Shown: positions 1 to 11,775 of the stretch, one piece after another
Position numbering within the stretch: the first letter of the stretch is position 1
Layout of the letters: each line of letters opens with the position of its first letter
Notes under the pieces: generated by a model
The model's input: only the letters and a program-made list of their open reading frames with translations
Databases searched by the model: none
What the model was told of the DNA's origin: nothing
Translations under genes and position numbers: made by a program
Assembly (NCBI RefSeq): GCF_006345805.1
Contig: NC_043002.1
Span: forward strand, 18,786,001 to 18,850,000
Length of the DNA stretch: 64,000 nt
DNA from: Octopus sinensis
Taxonomy: Eukaryota
Reading direction: 5' to 3'

Positions 1-785
1 AATGTAGGGAAGATAATAAAGCTAGGAAGAGTTAGAAATTTTTAATAAATATTATAGTTATTGATATTTATTAGGTTGACTATGTTTATGTATTAATAAA
101 AATGTGAGTTAAGAATTTAGCTTGGCATAAGGTGAGAGGGAAATATATAGTAATATTATGTAAGTAATGAGTGTTTCACTTATGTAAGCTTATTGTGCAT
201 TGTATATAAGAAAAATAATTTTTATCTGTTTATGGAGTATGAAATATACAAAAATAATTTATATATAAAAGGAGACTTATAATGGAAAAGAATTCATAGG
301 GCATACTGATTCATTTGCAGAGAACATATCCGCGAAATAGTATACTTGGATTTATGTATTCTAGCAGTTTTTCAAGTTGAATTATTTGAGGGTGTATATG
401 AAAAGAAAGAACAGCGTACAAGACAAATAACCTTACATTGGGCTCGTATCAAAGTACGACAGGCTGAAACAAAGTATTTTATATTTCAAGGCTGGCAGCC
501 AAGACTGCCTGGTATGCGAATAAGAATCAAAGATGGAGTAGAGCAGAACCTCGGAAATTGTAAGTAGCCAAGCGGCGTGTTTACCTCAGGCTACTTTTCA
601 GGCCAAGGGCATCTTGATTATAGGGATTTTACTTTGTCGTTAGGAGGCCCACGTTAACACACAGAGGAACAATTAAAATATAACATATGTGTGTGAGTGT
701 ACGTGTGTGCGTGCGCCCGCATTGACTTTTGGTAAGGACACCGTATTTTGTTTTGTAACCATAACATACTGTGAAGTTGTGAAGA

Positions 786-1005
786 CATGTGGCTTAGTGG
801 TTAGGGTATATTGCACGCAATCGTAGGGTCGCGAGTTCGATTCCCGGCAACGTGTAGTGTCCTTGAGTAAGACACTTTATTTCACGGTGCGCCAATCCTC
901 TCAGCTGGCAAAAATGAGTAGTACCTTATTTCAAAGGGCCGGCCTTGTCACACTCTGAGAAGTATGAAGGGGTACACGTGTCCGTGGAGCGCTCAGCCAC
1001 TTACA
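786..1005 (+). mobile_element. tRNA-derived SINE in protease intron 3 (copies 17295-17533 -, 41533-41753 +)
   Basis: A box (tggcttagtggttagg), B box (gagttcgattccc), body gtgtccttgagtaagacacttt...gccttgtcacactct. Confidence 0.8.
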
Positions 1006-1119
1006 GTTCTTTTTTGCACTATCAAATATAATAACAGCTTCTAAGTAAATGTTGTATCCTATCTTTGGTGTTAGCAGTGCGTTGTTTTCATTTTCAAGTA
1101 TATCTTCTTTCTTTTATTC

Positions 1120-1490
1120 GTTTATTTCTTTCATTTGACTGTGGCCATGCTAGAGCACTGCCCTGAGTCGAAAAAATCGACTCCAGGGTTTATTCTTTGT
1201 AAGCCTAGTACTTATTCTATCGGTCCCTTTTGCCGTACCGCTAATTTACGGGGACGTAAACACGCCAAAATCAGTTGTCAAGCAATGGTGGGGACAATCA
1301 TACACATACACACAGACACACACATACATATACACACAGACACTCCAACACATTTACACAGATACACATATACATATGTACAGATGAGGATAGGCACTTT
1401 GAACAAGTGCCTTCTATTGTTGTACGCGGCCAGTCAAAGCCCTAGAAGTAGATTTGGTAGACAGAAACGGAAACAAGACTACCATATGTA
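1120..1490 (-). mobile_element. Second SINE family body/tail in intron 3 (copies 16815-17185 +, 41870-42235 -, 11455-11640 +, 48170-48345 -)
   Basis: Shared body gacaaccgatgttggtgtgttta...ataagtactaggctta...ggcggtgc-cagcatggcc-cagtcaaatga with an internal (TG)n tract. Confidence 0.75.
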
Positions 1491-1519
1491 TGTATGTAGG
1501 AATGTACATGTACGTATGT

Positions 1520-1765
1520 ATTATGTATCTATCGGGCATGTGGAGTAGTGTGTAAATCGGCAGGAGGACTTAAACGACAAGCAAAGGTACATGAAGCCCA
1601 GTTACAACTACAGCCGACTATTACCAGTATATGTTTTAGTTGCCAATTTTGTACAAGACATTGTAGATCTTTAGCTGGGCTAAAAAGTCACATTCGATCA
1701 CAGCACCAATAACAGTTAAGCTTCGTGCAATGGCCATACTCGATAATGAGGGGGCAGCCATAATG
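1520..1765 (+). mobile_element. RTE-clade LINE 3' end with C2H2 zinc fingers (copy 42270-42510)
   Basis: ACGVVCKSAGGLKR...FSCQFCTRHCRSLAGLKSHIRSQHQ* followed by a short UTR and (TATG)n tail. Confidence 0.65.
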
Positions 1766-1938
1766 TATGTATGTATGTATGTATGTATGTATGTATGTAT
1801 GTATGTATACATGCATGCATGTATGTATGTATGTATGTATGCATGAATGTATGTATGTATGTATGTATGTATGTATGTATGTATGTATGTATGTATGTAT
1901 GTATGTGTGGGTGTGTGGGTGTGTAGTGTGTGTGTGTG

Positions 1939-2163
1939 TATCAAAGAGGGATGCTGAAAAGACCCTGTTTTTAAGGGTTTTCTGGAAGGCCTCGCTGGAG
2001 GCCCAAACTGTCATGTTCTTTTACAAGGTGTAGAATAACTGATGGGCTGCTACAATAAGTGTGTGAATCTGAGAAGGAATATGTTGAATGAAATCATAAT
2101 TAACTGATCCGCCTGTGTATTGATTTTCACCCAAAACAGAGAACCTTTCAGCACCCACTCGTA
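1939..2163. mobile_element. Mariner-type MITE (copies 42724-42948 and 60252-60461)
   Basis: Imperfect TIRs (tacgagtgggtgctgaaagg / tcaaagagggatgctgaaaag) bounded by TA. Confidence 0.65.
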
Positions 2164-2561
2164 TGTATGTATGTATGTATGTATGTATGTATGTATGTAT
2201 GTATGTATGTATGTATGTATACGCATATATATATATATATACATCGTCGTTGTAATCCACATCACTATATTCTGTAGTAGTGACTACCGAGAAATGCTAA
2301 TGCGGATATTCTTTGGTATACAACTTTAATTAAGATAAGAAGATCTAGAATGTCTGAATAATGGCAGCTGGGATAAATACTGATGAAGAAATATCGGTGT
2401 TTAGACATTTCTTGCAGAAACATTAAAATGAAAACACCAAAACCATAGCTATCATATATTGACATTAAATTGCAGTGGATGAAACACTGATATTTACTGA
2501 TAAATGGTGAGAAGAAAGAGAAAATTTATAGGAAAGTGTATGAAGATATTGTAATACACAC

Positions 2562-2689
2562 TTATGAGGTAGGGTTGGTGAACGAAATGTTCATGTGTCA
2601 CATTTTGAATTGCATTTGTAGACTGAGGACCAGGAATCGACAAGTGGTTGGTACCAATATCTACTCTAACTTCTCTGTTACGTCTTTCT
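2562..2689 (-). CDS. Protease A exon 3
   Basis: 128 nt; LERRNREVRVDIGTNHLSIPGPQSTNAIQNVTHEHFVHQPYLI. Confidence 0.88.
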
Positions 2690-5613
2690 CTAAAATCAAA
2701 TAGAATTTACAAAATCTTTAACAGGGAATCATTTTACATCGTCATGTGCATGAAATTCTCCTAGATACTAAAACGTTTGTCTATTCTTTATCGTATTATA
2801 ACATATGTCTCTTTAAACGGCACTGTTATTATCAAAAGTCGTTGTTCATTTAAATACTATCATTCGAACGGTGTCTGTGTTACTAAAATATAATTCTATT
2901 GGTGTTGTTGGTCTGAAAAGTATTATACATACACGAACTAAAATGAGTAATTAACATATGTGGAAGAATGTTCCAAGATTGAAGCGATGTATTTATTTGA
3001 AAAAGGATTTTTTTTAGTTGAAAACCGAATATATCCTTTAACTAAATATCTCAACACGTTTATGGTGAAAGGCAATTATCGGACGTTTCTTGGAAACACA
3101 ATGTTCAATGTGAATTGTAATCTGATATTAAAGCCAGTATATATGTTGGTATATACACTAAATAATTCTTTCCAAACTTTATAGGTTTTTACATCAATAT
3201 ATGACATCAAGTTATGTGAATTATTGATATAAAGACGTCAATATGTACTGTGTATATACTTACAGACAGTGAGCTGCTGTCAATACATGTGTAGAATCAA
3301 TCAAAGTACCACCACATACATTAGAAAATGTAATACCCATGCTACCTTTGGGGCGATCAGATATTGTGAGATGGACAATAGATGGAAATTCGCAGTTAGC
3401 TGCTGGAGATCCACCGACGATCTGTTCGGCAGGTGCTGAAGGAAAATCAGAAAAGAAAATAAATATACATTTTTAGGAGAGTCATTCTTGAATGTCTACA
3501 ATATATCTATTGTGATTTTAATGGTTGTAATTTTGTAACAATTAATTATCAGTTTGTAATTATCGTTTTTATAATGCTCAAGGAAACAATAAAAAATAAT
3601 ATCTGATTTATTTAATTGTTAATATAGTCACTATTCTTTTCTGTGACATCTTTCTAATGCCACGTTCATAAAATTCCTTAAGTTTAGAAGTAAAATATGA
3701 AATTAACTCGTTTTTTAAGCTCAGCTCTGGAAGTAAACCTTAATCCACTCAAACAGTTTTGTAAATTTCTAAAGAGATGGTAATCTATAGGTGTAAGGCA
3801 CGGAGAATATTGTTGGTGGAGCAGAATTTTCCAAGCATATTTTTCAAGGACATCTTTGGACTTTTATGCAGTGTGAGGTCTCGCGTTATCATGATGTAGG
3901 ATGACTCCATTTCTGTTTGTTAATGATGGACGCGTTCTGCTGTAACACTGCTTCCAAACGTCTTAGATGTCGGCAGTATATATTGGCTGTTATTGTTTGA
4001 TTATGCTCAAGCAGTTCGCTATGAATTATTCCACTCACATGCCGCCATACACTCAGAAGCATTCGTTTTGGATTCAGGCCACTTCTAAGCTGCTGAGCTA
4101 GTTCTTCACCATGACTGAACCATAACGTTATTGCTTTACATTATGGTAAAGTATTCACTTTTCATCTCCAGTAATGATTCTATTCAAAGAAGGCATTTTC
4201 AGTTCACGAGATTCCAATGAAGTTGTAGTGATATTATAACGGTGCGCGCTCGCGCACCGTCCATTTGTATTTCGCGCGTGTTGGTGCCTTTACCAAGGCA
4301 GAGAAAGGAAGGGCCCTCTCGCGCATGCGCGAACCACCGGAAGCACGACCCGCTTGCCTATCGTGGTAGTTAGCGAGGCAAGGGGGTCGTAGAACGTTTG
4401 ACCACTAGCAGCAGCAAGCGGCGACTTGGGACCCAGCGATTGAAGGCGGCGGTCACGCATATATTCTCTCCGGTTGATAGCAGCCGGCCGAATGCCTTTA
4501 ACCAAATTGTTGCCGACCACATTCAACTTCCCTGTTCGACGCCATCTTGACCCCTTTCTGGTTTAGCGGCTAAATATTGTAAATATTACAATCGATTAAC
4601 TTTCAGCCTTGCGCGCCCCGAACCAAGGACATCAGATAACACACTTATTGTTATTGTTACCAAGAAAGAGAATAAAGTAGTAATATATATTTTACGTCTG
4701 CGTCTTGTTGTTTCTGACGGGCAGAGATTCTGGATTATTAAAGCAACGGCTAGTGAGTGATTGCTTTCTTGTACCCCGAAAGTACAAGATCAGATATTCA
4801 CATCACTCACACTAAGTTCGTTTCAAAGTGCAGTAGTCGACACGTTGTTTGTAACTGTCTGCAAAGAGACCATGTGGGACCCATTTTCCCACCTTTGTCA
4901 CTTAACCAAGCCTTTTCAATTCACGATCGATGAATGATCGTATGGCTCACAGTGAAGTTCATGCCTAATTCCTGAACTGTATTAGTCTGGTTTGCTTCAA
5001 CAGTGGCTTGCAATGCACCATACCGAACACACTTGGACGCCCTAATCTTGATTGATCCTGCAGGCTGTAGTCATCGTATCCGAATCGTTAAAACCATTTT
5101 CTGAGTGATCTTTCAGTCATTCCGCTATCACTATAAGTGTTTTGCGGGAATTTTGTTTCTAAACTTGCATTATTTCCTTTTTGAAATTTATAAAGAAAAG
5201 CGTTCTTTGCTAGGAGTGAACACGGGGCCAATATAACAACATTAATTATGACAAGCTTGAACAAATCTGAAAGAAAAGGAAAAGTAATTATTCATCAATG
5301 ATTTCGTCGCATTTCAACTAGAACTGAGAAGTTAAACACCTTTAAATTAAACTAGATATTTACTTTAAGAAAAACGGACAGAAGTTTCGCTACAATGTGA
5401 TATATTTAAAAAATCAGTTTCAAATTATCTTTTCATATGAAATTATTGATTTAAAAATGTATGAAGAATTCACTGAAACCAGTATTAACAAAGATATCAA
5501 CCGGAATGCGGACGACATTTGAAGTTTCATCATGGAAAACCCCTCGTCCGGAGATATGACTTACCAGCAAAAACTGAAGCAACCGTAACAAGAAGGCAAC
5601 ACAGAGACAACAA
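2562..5613 (-). CDS. S1A chymotrypsin-like serine protease, copy A (exons 1-3 in window; remainder runs off left edge; start codon is TTG, possibly non-functional)
   Basis: Exons 5613-5565, 3435-3264, 2689-2562 with GT-AG sites in phase. Translation (L)[33 protein letters not shown]...[17 protein letters not shown] contains catalytic His57. Confidence 0.85.
3264..3435 (-). CDS. Protease A exon 2 (IVGG, TAAHC)
   Basis: 172 nt, cag/gtaag; PAEQIVGG...[32 protein letters not shown]. Confidence 0.92.
3547..5400 (-). mobile_element. Decayed mariner in intron 1 of A (interrupted by solo LTR)
   Basis: Reverse complement of the B intron 1 mariner. Confidence 0.75.
4224..4825. mobile_element. Solo LTR, 602 bp, specific to copy A
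   Basis: TG...CA termini, 4-bp TSD AAGT (4220-4223 and 4826-4829); empty site ccaatg-aagt-gcag in B; CpG-rich. Confidence 0.8.
5565..5613 (-). CDS. Protease A exon 1 (signal peptide, ATG>TTG)
   Basis: GCCACC-TTG-TTGTCT..., 49 nt, donor gtaag; paralogs B, C and D have GCCACC/ACCACC-ATG. Confidence 0.8.
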
Positions 5614-5652
5614 GGTGGCACTAGATGTGAAGTTATTGGTGTAGGAAGATTG

Positions 5653-5689
5653 AACTGATGCTAGAGTTATGGAGAGCGTAGTATTTATA
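5653..5689 (-). promoter_or_regulatory. TATA box + Inr of protease A
   Basis: TATAAATA (5689-5682) about 30 nt upstream of TCAGTT (5658-5653), conserved in B and C. Confidence 0.65.
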
Positions 5690-6889
5690 GATGAGTATCA
5701 TTAGGGAACAACTTGGAGAAAAGAACAGCTGTAATCATCCATCAATATTCTAACAATATAGCAAAGAACAACAGAAAATGTTTCAATGTAAGATAAGTCA
5801 AAAGAAAATATAAGAAGCAACATTTGAAGTTACGACAACTAGAAGAACCGCTGTACATGCAATATATGCTGCAATAGGGTAACTTGCTTCGTAATCCCAA
5901 CTAAAGGATGAATACTATATGAGAACCTTCATTTTAGAAAGAAATCTATAACCATAAAAAGCAAGGATTAGACATTCTAGTTTCAATTGTTAATTAAACT
6001 GCAGAACGTCAGTGGTTATAAGCGTTGATGAATTGTTATGGGTAATATAAGAGTTAGTGGAGCAAAGTTCCTTTTTTGAGGTCACTCAAGCATTATCCAG
6101 TGGAGTTCCATCAGAAAGAACATAGTAAGATTATATTAAGAGGAGAAAAGCACTGATGTGGAATACGGAATGAGACCATCCTTGTCTATAATAATAAAAG
6201 CGAAATTGTCTGTCCGTGAGGGACCCGTATACCTTTTTGGAATCAGGATGATTCCGGGATTGAACATCTGCCCTTCGTTTGTTTCTTGAACATCCAGCAT
6301 TGGGATCTGATTTAAAAGCATTCGTGTTGATGTTTCTGGTGGGTAAAGCTTGGCTGATTCACACCATCTTGGTTGGCATTTGTCAGATCTAGGGTGAGAT
6401 AAATGGCTTTCGCTTCGTTAATTTTACGTCAAGATAAGAACTCTTTGGGACTAACAGGTCGATTGTTGGAATCCAACTTGGGACTGGAACAATAGAATGA
6501 TTGCATTAGAGAATTAATTATCAACCATCTTTAACATCTGATCAAACACCCCGGGCCACATAGTCATTATAGGCGTTATATTCCTGCTATTCTTCTTTTT
6601 AGTTTTTGGACGCAGACCCAAATAGCCCTCACGCAGGAGCTAGCTTAAAAGTCCGCACGGTGTGTAGATTTTAAGCAAATGTTTAATAAATGTCGTGGTT
6701 CGATACTCCAAGAACGTTACGGATTACGAAAGGCACCTGGTAAAGTACAGAAGGCTAAACACATTAAACGCTGTGGCTATTATCGTAATAACGAGGACAC
6801 CATTCTGATTAAATTCTATAATAATGATATTCCTTATTCACAAGGAATTCAGACAAAATATTACTTAAGTCTTAAAGTATAACAGATTT

Positions 6890-8045
6890 TATAATAATAA
6901 TAATAATGAAATTATTGTATACAGTGCTCAGGTGCACCACAACTTGTCAAAAAGTGCGTATAAAGTATATGCAGTAATGTACAAATGTCTGGGAAGTGGA
7001 CAGTGTATGAGTCACATACATGCTTGCGTGTGTATGGAGAGGAGAAAATCAGGTGTAGTGTTGGCGAATCTTAGGAAGCATAGAAGTTTTGAAGGATGCA
7101 GTGCTCCGACAACTAACAACTGATGCCGGCAATCTGTTCCATGCTTCGGCAACTCTTAGCGTGAAAAAATGTTTCCGAAAGTCATGGGAACTGTGTTGTT
7201 TTCTGACTTTGTAAACATGTCCACGGGTGTTAGACAGGTGGAGTTTGAAAAGGTGCTCAGAGTTATTGTTTGTAAGATGGTTAATAATTTTATGGGTGTC
7301 TGCCAAGCAGCTGCCAGACGTCGGAGTTTCAATGTGTCGATGCCCAGGGAAGTAAAGCGTTCAGAATATAGCAGATGCCTGATGGAGGGTATTCTCTTGG
7401 TTGCACGTCGCTGAACGGCTTCCAGACGATTAATATCCTGGGCAAGATAGGGGTTCCAGATCGGCGATGCAAATTCCAGGTGAGGTCGTACCATAGCTAT
7501 ATAAAGCCGCAGATAAATAGCCGGAGAGCGGCTCACAAAGGACTTGGTGAGTGATGCCAAGACATCCTCAGCCTTCTTGGCAATTTTAGCGATGTGTTTT
7601 GTCCAGGCAAATCGCTGTCGACAATAACGCCCAAGTCACGTTCACACGAAGACTTTTTGAGATTAGTGTAGTGGAGGGAGTAATAGACGCTGGGCTTTTC
7701 CTCCCAAATTGCATGGTGGTACATTTGTCCACAGCCAGCTTGAGTTGCCAATCCCTGATCCACTGCTGCATTGTGTCCAGGTCTGATTGCAATAGAGATC
7801 TATAGTGTACAGAATCTGACCTCTTTATTTCGAGGTACAGCTTGTTGTCATTTGCATATTTCAGCACTGCGGCATTCTTTAAGTTGGCATCTATGTCATT
7901 AACATATGCAACAAATAAAAGGGGGCCAAGAACAGATCCCTCATAGGGTGAAGAGTGCTGTCCTAGACCTGTGACAACTTCTTTCCGGCCGATAATAAAG
8001 GACTTCAACCAGTTATAGAGATCATCTCTTACTCCCAACGCAGAG
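6890..8045 (-). mobile_element. 5'-truncated CR1 LINE
   Basis: RT fragments (SVLGPLLFVAYVND, YANDNK), RPHLEFASPIWNP, RGH...RKHFFTLRVAEAWNRLP; (ATT)n tail. Confidence 0.85.
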
Positions 8046-8049
8046 AGTT

Positions 8050-8420
8050 GCTTTAACGTAAAATATTACATGTTATATCAGATATATGATCAATAAAATT
8101 TTTGCATTATCTCACAAAAGTAATGTTCCAATTTCTTATTGAGAACAGCCATCTTTTGGAATGTATTGTAATATTTGAAATTCGCATAACAGCGAAGTAG
8201 TTTTCATATTCTTATATGTATACGTTAATAACAATTACCCTTTGTGTGATGAGATATATTTTATTGTGTTGATAGGCGATTTTCATGCTATATTGATCCA
8301 CCTAAGTATTCTATCGTTGTTCATAAATATAGTATAGCAATTTCCAGTAAATAAATATTTCCTGTAAATAAGTGCTTATATATTCTTATCAGTGTCCTCA
8401 TCTTGTTTGCTATAGTTACA
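8050..8420 (-). other. Orphan relic of protease upstream region (lost fifth copy)
   Basis: Aligns by eye to sequence 170-550 bp upstream of the ATG in D (62950-63300) and C (45960-46290); no exon follows. Confidence 0.55.
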
Positions 8421-8529
8421 ACGTTTCGTATACAGTGATCTACGCTTAACTTCGAACCGAACCCTACGTTAAATCAACATTTTCTCACAAACACACACAC
8501 ATACATACATACATACATACATACATACA

Positions 8530-8562
<33 letters not shown>

Positions 8563-8649
8563 GTACATACACTCAAATATACGTTTTAATCGTTGATTTC
8601 AGTTAACTCGTTCAGTGATTGAGCCTGATTTTTTTAACGTGACAAATCT

Positions 8650-8703
<54 letters not shown>

Positions 8704-8711
8704 TGGAGAGT

Positions 8712-10552
8712 ATTTCTTTATTCACCATGAGGTTGAGAAAAAGAGGGGACAATACGGGGACAGACAACACAAACGTTGGGGTCAGGGTATCGAATGAGAC
8801 GAAACGTATGAATAAACAAACAATTAAAATATATACAATTAAATGAGAATGAGTGATTAACAAAAAATGAAGCGGAGGACGCGGTCGACCCCACAAAACC
8901 ACATACTCACACTGAAGACTTTGCTTTCTCCTTTTTATTTTCTCGTTTAAACAGGTTCTTTCACTCGCAGCATACTTGCTATAGATTTCCATCTTTTACG
9001 AAACACACTTTGCGACCGGCATTTCTTTTCCAGCCTTACTTTCCGTTTCATGTGGAAAACGAAAAAGTCGATTAGCTCGAGACTGGAGATTAACATGCCT
9101 GTTGCAATTCCTTTCTCTCTCGTCTTCCATACTACTTCTTTCGCCACAGCAACTACCGAGAGAAAACAGCTTGCTCCTCCCTATTCAGGGAGGGCGGTGG
9201 AACGATCTTAATTAAAGATTCGCTCTACAGTTGTACTCTTCTCGAATGCGACAGCAGATGTTCGACATAAGCCCAGTGTTCAGTCACCTTGGGGCATTGC
9301 ACAATCGCGTGCAGTACAGTTTCACTGTCCTCCTCACATCTTGCACAAACCGACGAAGGTGCACACCTATGTCTAAAGAGCTTATCTCGAACCGGAAAAG
9401 CTATTGTGTAACATTGCCAGGCCAGGGACTTTTGGTAATTATCCATAGGCCCCGGACCGAATGTTCTTTGGAACAGGCTGGCCAGTTGATCTTCGTCGAA
9501 GCCTAGGGTTTCTCCCAGGACGTCGTCACAAACTCTACTAACCCTCTATAGAAGAACGAGGTAGTGCCCCCGCCACTGGCGTTGTCCGATTGGGAGTGAA
9601 GCACAAGTGCCTGATGGCACTCTACATTCTGGATTCGGTAATTACAACTACATCCAAACGATGCGACCCAAGGTCGTCAAGGAGGTAGCCTTGCTTCCGA
9701 TACGACTTCAGGCCGCGAATATTTAAACAAACGAGTTTAAACGAGAATGTGAAAAATTAGTCGAATGTTTAAAACTTAGTATTTTAATGGGAGAGATGGC
9801 GTAGTTTCACCCTCCTCTTTTCTGTTTGTGAGTGTTGTGGTTTGCGAGGTCTTTCCGTCTTCTTTTTGAAGATTCCACGGTGACCCACTCCTGGTTGTTG
9901 TTGTTATTTTCTCCCGCTGTCGGCTGTACTTCGGCAATTGGTGTGCGCGACGTGGCTGCTATTTCTAGCCGTGTGGTCGTTGTCTTCGGCGTCGTGCTTG
10001 CCTCTTCTCCTGCGTTTTCTTTGGTTGTCTTCTTCTTACAGCTCGACCTTATGTGGCCTTTCTCGCCATATTTACAACATCTGGGCTTTTTCCGCTCGAC
10101 TAACACCATCAGGCTGGTATTTTCTCCAATTGTAAGGGAACTGGGCATTTTTTCTAAGTCTGAGGGGTTTGCTTGGATGACAAGCTCTAAATCTTTTCCA
10201 ACCCAGTTCATGTGGTGGTATCTCGTAGATTGAAGAATTGAAATTTCTTCTTCTTTGCCTGAGAATAGCGGCTATCACCCAGGCCACTTCTATTTCGGTT
10301 AGTGTATCAGTGACTGTGACTTTTGAAGTTCTCTTTCCTAAGTAAGTCGGCAGGAGAACTACTTCTTCCGACTTCAATGTCATTGTTGAATGTTCCCTAG
10401 CATTTTCTTCGCTATGGAAACGCACCTCAACAGTGCCGAAGCGACTTCCCCTCGTTATATAGCTTGTTTGTTGCCATATAGGCCTCAAGCATTTTTCTAT
10501 CGCTTCCCTCGGTACTTCACAATATCACCTTCTTTTTTTAGTAGTCCTTGGT
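8712..10552 (-). mobile_element. Internally deleted Tx1/L1-clade non-LTR element
   Basis: ORF1 with degenerate zinc knuckle (CCKYGEKGHIRSSC); ORF2 N-terminus CLNIRGL...DVVVITES (APE); then zf-RVT-like CARCEEDSETVLHAIVQC; RT absent. Confidence 0.7.
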
Positions 10553-10949
10553 ATTGGCGCGTAATAGAGCAAGAGACAAGTTGCGCCAATCAGAGTAGTG
10601 GACACAACAGGGTGCAAAAGAGCGGCCGAAGGCTAGCTGTTATCTACTACGTCCGTACTCATGTATGTATAACAGAGAGAAAGAGAGAGAGAGAGAATTT
10701 TACTAAATGTACGCTACAGATAGCTCCCCCACCAGTCATTTTGTAGAAGACCAAAGAGACAATAAACAGGAGACATATCTGTAGCGAAGAGGTGAAATTA
10801 GAAAGAGCGGTTGGCCATAAAAGTGAAAGGTAACTGGCACTAGGTCACCAATTTATAGACGTCCGTGTGAACGTAGGGCTGGCTGCGTTTTCGAATCACG
10901 TCGGGGTCAGCAATTTGTAGAACCTGAGCGAGCGTTGCTGTTGCTGAGT

Positions 10950-10950
<1 letters not shown>
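10553..10950 (-). mobile_element. Fragment of short LTR element (U5 end, tRNA-Trp PBS, internal region, PPT, start of 3' LTR)
   Basis: CTACA-AAT-TGCTGACCCCGACGTGATTCGAA; ggtgggggag followed by TGTAGCG; homologous to 34323-34712. Confidence 0.65.
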
Positions 10951-11036
<86 letters not shown>

Positions 11037-11234
11037 AAGGTGTTTGTATGATTGTGTAAAGAGGGATATACGTTATTCAAAGGAATTCTAACTCTGTTTT
11101 TTATGTTTTATTTATATTCTTTATAATATTAATATAGGATATAGAATATATAGTATAAATAGTATATGTAGTAAAATGAAATGAAGTATTGATTGTCTTA
11201 TTGAATAGATGAAATATTGAATATCAAATATTAA

Positions 11235-11278
11235 GGGACTAGTATACTTTCTTGCATTTTAGCAATCTTCAAGGTCCC
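11235..11278 (-). ncRNA. Type I hammerhead-like motif, GTATAC family (one extra base in core)
   Basis: GGGAC-CTTGAAGA-TTGC-taaaat-GCAA-GAAA-GTATAC-TA-GTCCC; adjacent to a Penelope endonuclease fragment (11282-11395). Confidence 0.6.
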
Positions 11279-11775
11279 AGGTTGTGACAAGAATCCCCCA
11301 CCTTATGCTGTACTCGGTGGTGCCTTCTTTCAACGACCATATCTGCTTGACCAGGGTTATGGAGTTACGTCTCTTCAGGATATTGGTGGGGCTTTTTTTT
11401 TCTGACATCTCACTGAACATTCATAGGTTGTCTTCGACGGGAGAGTCCGTAATAATGTATGTGTGTGTGTGTCCAATTACCGTTTGACAACCGGTGTTGG
11501 TTTGCTTGTCTTCCCATAAATGATCAGTTCGGCAAAAGACACCGATACAATAAGTACCCGGCTTAAAAAAGAGTATTGGGGTCGATTCTTCAAGGCGGTG
11601 TCCCGGGATGGCCGCGTTCTAATCACTGAAAAAGGATAAAAGATTAGATATCATTATTCACAGTGAAAATCCCGCTAATAAATCAAAGATGTCGATATTA
11701 ATTTTAAAACGAAATCATGACTTAATTATAGTTAAAACGTAGATATTTTGGCAATTACGTAAATGTTATAGAATC

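Noticed and set aside
1636-2329. ORFs of [12 protein letters not shown] type here and across the window
   Set aside because: They are translations of (TACA)n, (TA)n, (CA)n and (TAA)n microsatellites.
2370-2490. CTGATGA...GAAA in protease intron 3 as a hammerhead
   Set aside because: No valid helix III or NUH triplet, and helix II does not abut GAAA.
6136-6882. Short ORFs repeated upstream of A, B and C as host genes
   Set aside because: Frames break differently among copies, there is no splice structure, and they are better explained as a decayed TE.
10890-10912. tRNA-Trp gene fragment
   Set aside because: Only the 3' part is present, directly after an LTR end, so it is a primer-binding site.
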